A stretch of DNA of 64,000 nt from Octopus vulgaris. Lineage: Eukaryota. The stretch lies in NCBI GenBank assembly GCA_951406725.2, contig OX597817.1, forward strand, positions 117,304,001 through 117,368,000, in the 5' to 3' direction. The translations under genes were made by a program, and so were the position numbers. Below are positions 52,745-64,000 of the stretch, one piece after another. Below the pieces are notes generated by a model. That model had not been told where the DNA came from and did not search any database. It worked only from the letters and a program-made list of their open reading frames with translations. Position 1 is the stretch's first letter. Each line of letters starts with the position of its first letter.

Positions 52745-52900
52745 TTGGCTAGTGGTTAGGATGTTATATTCACGACTGTAAAATCATGGTTTCCACTCCT
52801 GGACCGACTGAGGCGTTGTGTTCTTAGGCAAAACATTTAATCTCACTTACGTTGCTCCGCGATCACTTCGTACCAAGTACCTATACAGGCAGTGTTGATT
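52745..52900 (+). mobile_element. Third tRNA-SINE family fragment
   Basis: tggctagtggttagg...ggtttccactcctggacc. Confidence 0.6.
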
Positions 52901-53329
52901 TGCTATATACAGCACAAACATATGATCGCTATAAACAAACTAACAACTTCAACAACACAGCCACCACTATCGCCATCATCATAAACAAAAACAACAACAA
53001 CATCAACAACACAACAGCAAAGGTAATAAACATAAGCGCTTCAAAACAATTATTTCAGAATCAACTAGGACAAATTAATCAGTCATTGCTCTACAAGAAC
53101 ACCCCATATTCTGTAAGCTTTCTCGATGCCACCAACACGCGCAAACACATACAAACAATTTATGTATGTGTACATGTGTGTATATGTATATAGAAAATAT
53201 GTAAGTATATCAAATACCATACAACATAAATAAATGCTGTTTTGTTCTCAAATTAGTTATCAAAGGTTTGGGTGACAAGTAAATTTCTGTTGCATATGTA
53301 AATATCTTTTCAACAAAAGAAAAGCCTTA

Positions 53330-53519
53330 AAATTTTGAGGAAGATGAAGGAGCTCGTCGATTATTTCAGCTATACCTCTCTGTAAGCACTGAGATTTTCC
53401 CTGTTTTGAGTTTATATATAGATTTTCTATAGAATTTTGAGCTATCACTGCAAGTTACGTTTCATATACGAAAATATTCACTTAAACAATGCGACCGAAG
53501 ATAGAAAAATCGGTAAGGG

Positions 53520-53565
<46 letters not shown>

Positions 53566-54345
53566 CAAGGTTTACTGCTTTTTCATCAGCGCCACATCCA
53601 ACCCAACTATTCACGAGTGAATTGCTTAGAAACACACTAAGTTTCAACGTTGTAATACTGTTGGATAAACCAATTTGCATATTAAACACATTCTTTTGTA
53701 ACTGATACGTAAATATTAATTGCTAGTAAAGGACATAGTATTTTGTTTTGCAACCATTCTATACTATAAAGTATATTAAAGGTTTTCAAGTCAATACTGT
53801 GTCTTAAGTTTGTGTTAGCAGTGCGATGTTCTCATATTGTGTCAGCAGTGCGATCTTCTTATGCACAATATTGACTTCTAAAACTTTTACTGTACTTGAT
53901 ATAATATTATGCTAGCAAAACTAAATACTGTGTTCTTGCAAGCAATTAATATTTACGTACCAGTTGCCAGTAATGCGTTTGATACGTAAATTGCTGTAGC
54001 CAATTATGTTATACCGCTAAAATTTAGTGGGTATTTAAACAATGCGTTGTAGATAGTTGATGGGTTGGATGTGGCGCTGATGAAAGAGCAATAACTCTTG
54101 AAATATGCATATACAACCATAACCTATTTTTTCTATCTTCGATCGCATAGTTTACAAAGAGAGATTCGCATACGAAATGTAACTTGCTGCGAAGGTTCTG
54201 AATTCTATAGAAAATCTATAGAGATAAACTTAAAAATTACATATATAAATATCAGCGCATAATCGTCTTTAGAGCACGATGGCTAAACATTATTTTTTGA
54301 AATGGCGATAACTGAATAATTAAAATTTTCCCCAGAAATTTTTGA
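53330..54345. repeat. About 1-kb diverged foldback (arms about 480 bp)
   Basis: For example tttcatcagcgccacatccaaccca / tgggttggatgtggcgctgatgaaa and tacgtaaatattaattgct / agcaattaatatttacgta. Confidence 0.85.
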
Positions 54346-54854
54346 AATCATAAGTAGAGAAGATTACTAATTTAGAATTGACTATTTTTTTCTATTTCAT
54401 TTGGATCCCTACTAGAAGTTTCAGAACTTCATTTGCATGTTAAAGAGTGATAGCCTATATATTACACAACCTGCTAGAAATAGATACCAAATACTTTTCA
54501 GATAATATTCTAATGCAGAGTATATTATGTAATATCATTCTTGATACCCATAAAAAGGGGAATTGTATTGGTAAGAATGCTTTTATCAGAGATCCGTTCG
54601 ATCAATATTGACCTGGAGGCTAAACAATTACAAAACATTTTTTTTTTATTTATGGTCTTCAAATAAAAGTTAAAGCTATTATTTTACATTTTAACGTTTA
54701 ACAACGTAATATAATATTTAACAGCATACGTATTACAGCTGGAGCTTATACCAAGCCTTCTGTTATATGGATAGCGGGTGTTAACATTAGTTATTTTCAA
54801 AGGCACTAAAACTGTAACGGTTCTACAATATTAAATTATCACTTCAGAGCTATC

Positions 54855-55410
<556 letters not shown>

Positions 55411-55889
55411 GTCTAATTGTGTTTTTGTATTGTGCCTGTGAGTGTCTATGTGGCTTCCTTTCTAAATATTGTTAGACTTTGAAGTTTAATAGTTTTCTTT
55501 CGGCTTGCTTTGTTTTTTTTTCTTGTTTTTTTTTTGTTAAGCTGATCGAAATTTTTTCTTTGATAAGTAAGTATATATAAATCAACATATCTCTTTTATC
55601 TAGAGAAAGCACCACAGATATCAATAATTATTTCAGCTCCGGACTATATGTGATCGTTTCTCTAAGTTCTCGGCTTCAATATTATGCCAAATATCAATAT
55701 GGGAAACTAGCTTGGCATGCTAGAAATAACTCCTAAATCTCCCGAAAAAAGAAAAGAAGACCTATCTTGTAAGGCAAAGGAAAATAGATAATTGTTTTCC
55801 CATGTACAATAGAATTCAACGAAAATGTTTCAGAAAAAGTCAAAAATAAAAGTCACAGAAAAAAAAGGTCACTGGGAAAATGTCCACAA

Positions 55890-56520
55890 GGTGCAGACGG
55901 GACTGTGTGGTAAGAAGTATTCATCCAAACCACATGGTTCCGGGTTCAGTCCCACTGCGTGGCACTACGAGGAAGTGTCTTTTACTATAGTCTCGGACCG
56001 ACCAAAGCATTCGAGTGGATATGGTAGACGGAAACTGAAAAAAGCACGTCGTAATTATATGTGTGTGTATTTGTGTATGTGTTTGTTCTCCCACCATCGC
56101 TTGACAACCGATGTTGGTGTGTTTATGTTCCCGTGACTTTTAGACTCGGCAGAAGAATCAATAGAATAAGTACTAAGCTTGCAAATAATAAGTCCTGAAG
56201 TCGATTTTTTCGTCTAATCCCTTTTATAGTGGTGCTCCACCATGGACGCAGTCAAATGCCTGAAACAAGTAAAAGAGTATATGTTTAAAGTTATGTGTGT
56301 GTGTCTGTATCTGTGTTTATCCCCCACTGCTGCTTGACAACCGGTGTTGGTGTGTTTACGTTCCCGTAACATTAGCGGTTTGGCAAGAGAAACCGATAGA
56401 ATAAGTACGAGGCTTCGAAAAATAAATCCTAGGATCCAGCTGTTCGACTGAAATCCTTCAACGTGGTGCCCCAGCATGGCCGCAGTCAAATGACTGAAAC
56501 AAGTAAAAGATAAAAGATAA
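55890..56520 (+). mobile_element. Main tRNA-SINE followed by a second 3' half (dimer-like)
   Basis: Head ggtgcag...ggttcagtccc. The 3' half occurs twice (about 56070-56278 and 56300-56520). Confidence 0.85.
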
Positions 56521-57145
56521 GACTGTTGCGGTGTTCCTTGGTGGCGTTGTCCGGAATATTCGTCTTAATCATCCACATAACGAAAACAAAAATTTGAATA
56601 TAAACTATGCTGTTCTCTAATAAATATTTTATTAACATGAATAACATTTTATGAAGCAATATAGGAGAAACAAGATGCTGTGCATGTAATCCTAAAGCAG
56701 AATCAGATGGAGTCAGTCATATTGGACCAAATAATACTACTGTTGTTAAATATATTTTACACAATTAAATATTTTATACTTAAACAAATATAATTAACTA
56801 TACATGCTTGAAATATTATTATTTGTGTTTTTTATAGAAAATTTAATGAAATTTGTTTTAGCAATTTTTTGGTATCGTTACTTTTTTTATATCTTGAATT
56901 TATGGTCGTAATATAAATGGTCGACTGTAATTATTGTGGTTAATGACATGGGGAAATAGCATTTAGTTTCACTAGAGTAAAAGCAAGTGACTTCAGTGAA
57001 TCGGTTCCGATATCAAAGCAAATCCACTCAGTGTTCTCAAAACTATGATGAGGAGTTTAAAATTATCATGTTGAGAATACTGTTGTTTGTACATGTATAG
57101 AATATCGTCTGCCAAAGTGAAAGCTTTTGAAAATCTAAAAAGCTC

Positions 57146-57350
<205 letters not shown>

Positions 57351-57351
57351 A

Positions 57352-57822
57352 TTGGCTAACGTTGACATTATTACCGGGAAACGAAATCGAAAAAAAAATA
57401 GTGCAACGGGTGTAATAAAGGTGGAGGAAACGAATATGAAAACAAAAATGCCCGGAAAGTAACGGGTATTCGGGGAGAGGCCTTCGGAAAATTCACAAGA
57501 TCCCATGTTTTACCCAAATAACTTTTAGGAAAATAGATATTTTTAATGAAATTTTATATAAATACCTTTCAAATGGTATAGATTACGATTATTAAAAAAT
57601 CTGTAGGGAAAATCTTTCCGTTGGAAAAGAATCTGAAAATAAAAATGCGCGGAAAGCAACGGGGTAGGGTGGTTGGAGAGGACTTCGGAAAATTCACAAG
57701 ATCCGAGTGCTTCCCTCGTAACTTTGAGGAAAATATAATCCTTTTGAAATCATAAATTAGGCTTTTCCTCACTAACTTAGATGCTAAACATCCCTTTAAA
57801 GGGTTTTGCTCTTTACTTCTAC

Positions 57823-57870
<48 letters not shown>

Positions 57871-58551
57871 ACGGGGTAGGGTGGGTGTAGAGGACTTCGG
57901 AAAATTCACAAGATCCGAGTGCTTCCCTCGTAACTTTGAGGAAAATATAATCCTTTTGAAATCATAAATTAGGCTTTTCCTCACTAACTTAGATGCTAAA
58001 CATCCCTTTAAAGGGTTTTGCTCTTTACTTCTACTATATATATAAATCCTAATATGTGATTTCAAAAGGATTATATTTTCATCAAAGATACGAGGGAAAA
58101 ACTCGGATTTTGTGAATCTTGTGAATTTTTCGAAGTCCCCTCCACCCCCACCCCTGTTGCTTTTCGCGCATTTTTGTTTTCAGATTCGTTTCCTACGCTG
58201 GTGTGAAGGAAAAAGATATCCATTTTCTTCAAAGTTACGAGGGGAAAACATCGGATCTTGTGGATTCTCCGAAGTCCCTCGAAAAGATTTTCCACACAAA
58301 TTTCTTTATAATCGTAATCTATACTGCTTGACGGGTATTTAAATAAAATTTCATTTAAAAAAACATTTTCCTAAACGTTATGAAGGGAAACATCGGATCT
58401 TGTGAATTTTCCGAAGCCCTCTCCCTATTCCTGTTGCTCTCGGACATTTTTGTTTTCATATTTGTTTTCTATACCTTTTTTTTTACAACCGTTGCACTAT
58501 TATATTTTATTTTCGATTTTGTTTCCGGGTAATAATGTCAATATTAACCTC
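57352..58551. mobile_element. Long palindromic non-autonomous DNA element with internal subrepeats and an approximately 180-bp tandem duplication
   Basis: ttgacattattaccgggaaac / gtttccgggtaataatgtcaa termini. Repeated ttcggaaaattcacaagatcc. 57656-57835 is duplicated at 57868-58047. Confidence 0.85.
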
Positions 58552-59422
58552 ATTATTTATTTCTAATTAATCTGTCAGTAATTTTAAAATGACAAATAAA
58601 TTCTGGCATCGAGTTACGTCTTCTTCGATTTAAACGTTGTTTTTTAAAAGAAATATGTGGAAAAATATAAACCTCAACTTTAGAGATTTATCTGACTTTA
58701 TGTTGATTTCAGCGTACAATTATTTCAAAGTATTAAAAAAATAGCACTTAGAAACCAATAATGGAGTGGAGAATCAAATAAAAATACGTGTGAAAATATG
58801 TGCAAACCGGGCTGCTAAATCTTTAAAATGTTTTTCATGTTACGTCCTTTCTAGAGAAAAATCGCATGTGTTGGAACCAATTACCGACGTCAGTTGAGGT
58901 ATGTCCATATTGTCTTTATTTACGATTGTGTGCATATGTGCAATTTATGTGTGTTGTGTGTTTGTATGGATGAACAGAGAGTGAAGGAAATATATGCAGA
59001 TACAAATGCAACATGCATACGCGAATTCGAGTATAACAACCTTCTCGTAGACATATGCTTGTAGCTAGTTTGATAGCTTTTCTTCTTCACAATCCCTTGA
59101 ATGACCGTTTAGCTCTGTCTTTATTTACCGGAACTCATCAACAGGGACTCTGCCTCTGTACAATCGTTCTGATCAGATTTCAACCCGGCAGTGCATAAAC
59201 ATACCTTTGATCATAAAGAAAAGCAATGCTCCGTCAGGGCTGCTGAAGCTATGTGCATATAAGTATCCTGTGTTTGTCATTTTAAATCTGGACTTTCATA
59301 GGTTCAAGACTGGCTTTGAAAGTTGGACACCACCATACAAACTTTCAACAACTTGCATTTCGCTATTTCATGGTCAGTTCATTTTTGCCCAAACCTCAAA
59401 CTGTTCTGTGTAGTTGTAGAGC

Positions 59423-59453
<31 letters not shown>

Positions 59454-59589
59454 ATTGGTTTGCGATGCAAATAGGAAAAAATGTGAGTCAAATATGAGTA
59501 TATATATATATATTTTTAATGAATTTGAGAAGCGCTAACGCGCGAAACTCAGGGTTCTTGAGTTACTCTGTTGCTTCAGCAAAAATAAC

Positions 59590-59905
59590 ATCATCATCAA
59601 CAACAATAACAACAACAATCACAACAACAATAACAATAATAATAGACATACATACATGCATACATACATACATGCATACATACATACATACATGCATGCA
59701 TACATACATACATACATACATACATACATACATACATACATACATACATACATACATACATGCTTACATACATACACACATGCACACACACATACACACA
59801 TGCATGCACACATACATGCATACATACATACATACATACATACATACATACATACATACATACATACATACATACATACATACATACATACATACATGCA
59901 TACAT
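59590..59905. repeat. (CAA)n and (TACA)n microsatellites
   Basis: Seen directly. Confidence 0.95.
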
Positions 59906-60249
59906 GGGACGATGTAAATCACTATAACTCAGTGGAAATGTTGTCCAAGAGTATTTTTCCGCAGTAATGTTTTGGCCTATAACTAAGACCTAACATATCT
60001 AATATGGCGAGCAAGTAAATAATCGAGGTGACAAAAGCTTTGCAATATTCAGCAGCACTGAATTTGTAATATGTCATAATGTAATATGTCATAAAGAAGA
60101 GATTTTAGTAAATAATTGTTAAATGACAATACATTGCAAAAGATCTAAAGGGATATGCACCTTGGGCTTTAGTCCTATAAAATTATTAAAATAGGAATGT
60201 ATAATCGTCAGCGGAAGTAGGATAGGTAGTGCTATATTTTTTTTAAAAA

Positions 60250-60458
60250 GGGCGGTAAACTGGCAGAATTGTTAGCACGTTGGATAAAATGCTTATCTGT
60301 GTTTCTTCTGGCTCTTTACGCTCTGAGTTCAAACCCTATCGAAGTCGACTTTGCCTTTCATTCCTTCGATAAATTAGAGCACCAGTCAAAAACAGGAATC
60401 GATATAACTGACACCATCCTTAAAATGGCTGACCTTGTCCCAAAATCTGAAACCAATA
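60250..60458 (+). mobile_element. Second tRNA-derived SINE family, near full length
   Basis: ggcggtaaactggcagaattgttagcacg...ctctgagttcaaacc...gtcgactttgcctttcat. Confidence 0.85.
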
Positions 60459-61969
60459 TATGAAAGAACCTACAGAGATATCTAGGTTCAATTCTCTCTG
60501 GGTTGTAACCTTTCTTTTATTATCCCTTGTGTGTGTTCTTTATTTCTGAATGCGTTGCTTTGCAAATTTATATAGAAAAAACTATTTGGGGGAAAGCAAA
60601 AATGCAGTTGAGAATAAAATATCAATAATTCCCTGTCATAATTCTTCACAGTAGCCCTTATCTAGAGAGAAAGAGAAACAAAGAGAAAAATAATCTTTAT
60701 GAAAACGTATAAAATATAGGCTTTAGACAGCAGCTACATTGCTTTCGATAATCTTCGTTATTTATGTTAGTAGTTCTTTGCGAAAGGTAAAAAAAATAAT
60801 AAGGAAAGCCTTTTGATTTATTTGAAGTATCGTCGATTCAGTAAAATAGATATAGGGAGTTGATAAAAGAGATTTAACAAGATATATCAGGTGGAAAATA
60901 AATTAATTTTACATATCGGTTTTAACATGGCGAAACACTTTCAAAAGATCAGTGAAGTGGATAAACCAGTGAAACTTTTCATGACATTTACAGAGACGTA
61001 TTATGGTGGCAAATACATGAGTACTTTCAATATTCAAATCCCTCTATAAATTAGGGACAGTGAGTCTGATCAAAGTAAATGCTAATCTCAGGTTGGACAC
61101 TCCTAATAAGATTACAATTGGTAGCTTCTTATTCTTAACGGACCACTCTCATCACGAAGCACTATATTCATAACGAACCGACTCCATTTTCGAAATCGAA
61201 ACACTCTCCTTTTATTATTAATTCTCCTACGTCTTATAATATCATTTAATATCACCTCTTATACTGTGATGCTTATGTAAAAGGAAATCGGTTATTTTAA
61301 TAAGCCCTAATTTTATTATTCATTTATTTTTACAATGTGCATTTAGATTAAGTATTCACTGTTTCTACTGTTGCACCGTCTTACATTATATTTAATAGCT
61401 TATCCATTAATAGCCAACATTAAAACCTACTTTCATAAAGGAACATCAGAAATAAATATGACGAGTTATTATATTGATTGTAGACTGAATATTACGTAAT
61501 AGTACTTAACGTATTATTACGTAAAATTGTTCAATATACTCATTAAATCTTTAATGCATTAACAAGCATCATTCAATTTATGATGAAATCATATTGAACC
61601 ATCACTAAAGCCATAAATACATATTCGATTAGATAAAATACCTTATTCCTGCAAGGGGTTTTCTTAAAATTAAGATAGAGTTTTATATTTATTTCATTCT
61701 GAACATGTACGTAGATGGCAATATAGTATTGAAAGTTTCAAGTACTTTTTAGACACAAAAAAAGAGCTAAGAGGAAATTTCTGAAGTTAAATTGTAGTTC
61801 CTAAAATGATTAAATTAATTTCATTGATGTTGTCATGTCCTCAGCAAGTAAATTATTCTCATAATTTTGACCTGCACTACATTAAATATATTGGCATTAA
61901 ATTAACTGATGTTGCTCATACATGAGTCATACCTTCAGTCAGTTATTTGCTTGATAACAATTTGAAGGA

Positions 61970-62870
61970 GCATCCAAGGTCATATAGGCTGACTGAAATG
62001 ACAGGGAACGGTTTGAGAGATTTGTAGTTATTCTGATATAGATCCAGTAGATCCTCACTAAATCGATCAGCTAATATCTAACCGGCTTCTCTTCTTGGTA
62101 TATATAAACCACTGAGTTTCAATAAAGTGTACTTTTAGAGGTGCAAGAAAAAGTCAGTTGCATGGAAAGTGGACATTAATAAATGCAGGGTAATATTGTT
62201 TTGCAAGCAGAGACAACTGCTACAGCATGAGCGGGGAAAAGAAACCACTGAAGTTGGGTACGACAAGAGATGAGAAAAGATTTGGACAGATACCCACGCA
62301 GATAACAGTCGGGTTGTGAAGAGGAGTGATTGTGTTAGGAATCGTGTGTGAAGTGATAATGTCTGATTGAAGTGAATATAAATTTCAGTGGTGAAGTCGT
62401 GTGGTGAACTTGAAGAAATGTGGTGTGGAATAGAAGAGTAAGGGCGAGGAGGTAAGAATTACAGTCAAACGCTAGGACACGGTGTGATGCAGCAACAGCA
62501 ATTTGGCAGTCATTATCTCTGTAGAAAAGGTCGAAAGTTTGACTGGAATTAGCTCGAGGTCAGAATCTCACCTACAGAAAAGGCATAAGAGAATAAATTG
62601 TGAGTACAGTAAAGCTGAATTTGTGAAAGAAAGAAATAGAAGGATCAATTGAAGTGGAGATGTCTGTGAATACAGATTAGATGTGTTAGAGATAGCAGTC
62701 GTGAGATCTTACATAGGAATTCAGAGAAGAAATGAGCGTAAAGGAATTATCACCGGTGGTGCTTTCGATGACACAACCAAAGATTTTCTGGTGAAGCTTA
62801 TGATATGGACGATTTTGTGTATCTCGAGGTACCCATCAACCAGATTACATAACTGGGGATCATCCTAGTA
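61970..62870 (-). mobile_element. Very degraded LINE (CR1/Jockey-like) RT fragment
   Basis: Purine-rich plus strand; weak GVP.. RT-like remnant on minus. No intact motif. Confidence 0.3.
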
Positions 62871-64000
62871 TTCATGATCACTCCAGCGATCTACTTTTAA
62901 AATTTCCATTAAAAGCGGTTTGAATGTAATGACGACTAATATTTTGACCACTCCCTGTGGCGTGAGATATGCGTGGTCTGGACCAGTTTACTGAAGCTGT
63001 GACATTTCGATTCTAGGCCTCGTTACATAGGTTATGTTTTGTGTATGTTCTGTTTATCGTTTTCATGCAATATAAATACGATGGAATTATAAAATTTAAC
63101 CATCGGCACTTCCAGTAGCTGTCGCAATTTACTTTCACTTTTTACAACACCAAACTGCAGGTAAACCTCAGCAATTACCAGATACAGGTCTGTATACATT
63201 ATATTTATTTACCCATTCTTGTCCAACTAACAGTGAGAGAGATTCAATAGCTAAATGTACAAAATTGTACACTTGTTGATGTAGATATTTATTCATGAAA
63301 GAAAGCGAAGGAAACACGAAATATCTAGTATCACTTCTCTTTAAAATGTAAAGCACATGACATAGCATGAACAAAGTTTCGAAATGAAGTGGATATTTAC
63401 AGTTATAATTTATAGCCTTTGTTTTCCTTCTATAGAATTTGTTTTAACTACTTAAAAAACTGCTAACATCCTGTTAAATTTTGAAATGCTTCAAAAACAG
63501 CTTTAATTTAAACATTGATGATAGTTTGCTAGATACACAAGAGAAATGCATATAATGTGGCTTTTTTTGTCTTTTGATTGCTTATAAATGCTTTCTTATA
63601 TTTTCGAATAATATTGTATTAAATGAATTTTAACGTTTTAATACTTCCGTTTTAAAAAAATAGGATTTTACTGTTGTAAACCTGGAAAATATCGTATTGA
63701 GCATTAAATGGTATTATTTTGAATGTAAACTAAAAGCAGCTTGAAACAAATTTGTTTTCAATATCAGAATGTATTGCATTTCGCTTTAAATTTACGTTAA
63801 ACTTACAAAAAGAAAAGCATCATATTTTCCTGTTAGAAACATTTTCTTTCTTAAGCTAAGTTTCGCTAGGTTTCTCAGATTATTTTTCAGAAAATCCAAG
63901 AAGAAATATAACATATGTAAAAAGTCAATGGAAAATATGATTTAAGACCCTTTTAGTTATTTTTTCTTACACAGAACAATGTTTCACACATAAAGGTAAT

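Noticed and set aside
57470-58420. Recurrent ttcggaaaattcacaagatcc motif as a CRISPR-like array
   Set aside because: Eukaryotic context, irregular spacing, both orientations and non-unique spacers; these are subrepeats of a palindromic transposon.

Overview
AT-rich, microsatellite-saturated animal genomic DNA. The SINE families and repeat load point to a coleoid cephalopod, probably Octopus (inference). No complete host protein-coding gene is recognisable, and most ORF-track entries are translated microsatellites. The window is mainly transposable elements: a Dong/R4-type RLE retrotransposon in a (TAA)n tract, Penelope-like (GIY-YIG) elements, a Helitron Rep/Pif1-helicase copy nested in a non-autonomous Helitron, mariner/Tc1 and hAT remnants, RTE/CR1 fragments, foldback elements and many tRNA-derived SINEs. 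Three points stand out. (1) About eleven hammerhead-ribozyme-like motifs with palindromic stem III, including a short element joining a tRNA-type Pol III head to a hammerhead, present as an inverted pair. (2) A 5S-rRNA-derived SINE whose 3' tail is nearly identical to that of a CR1-like LINE elsewhere in the window. (3) A possible chain of very small exons on the minus strand. All calls were made by eye and many boundaries are approximate.
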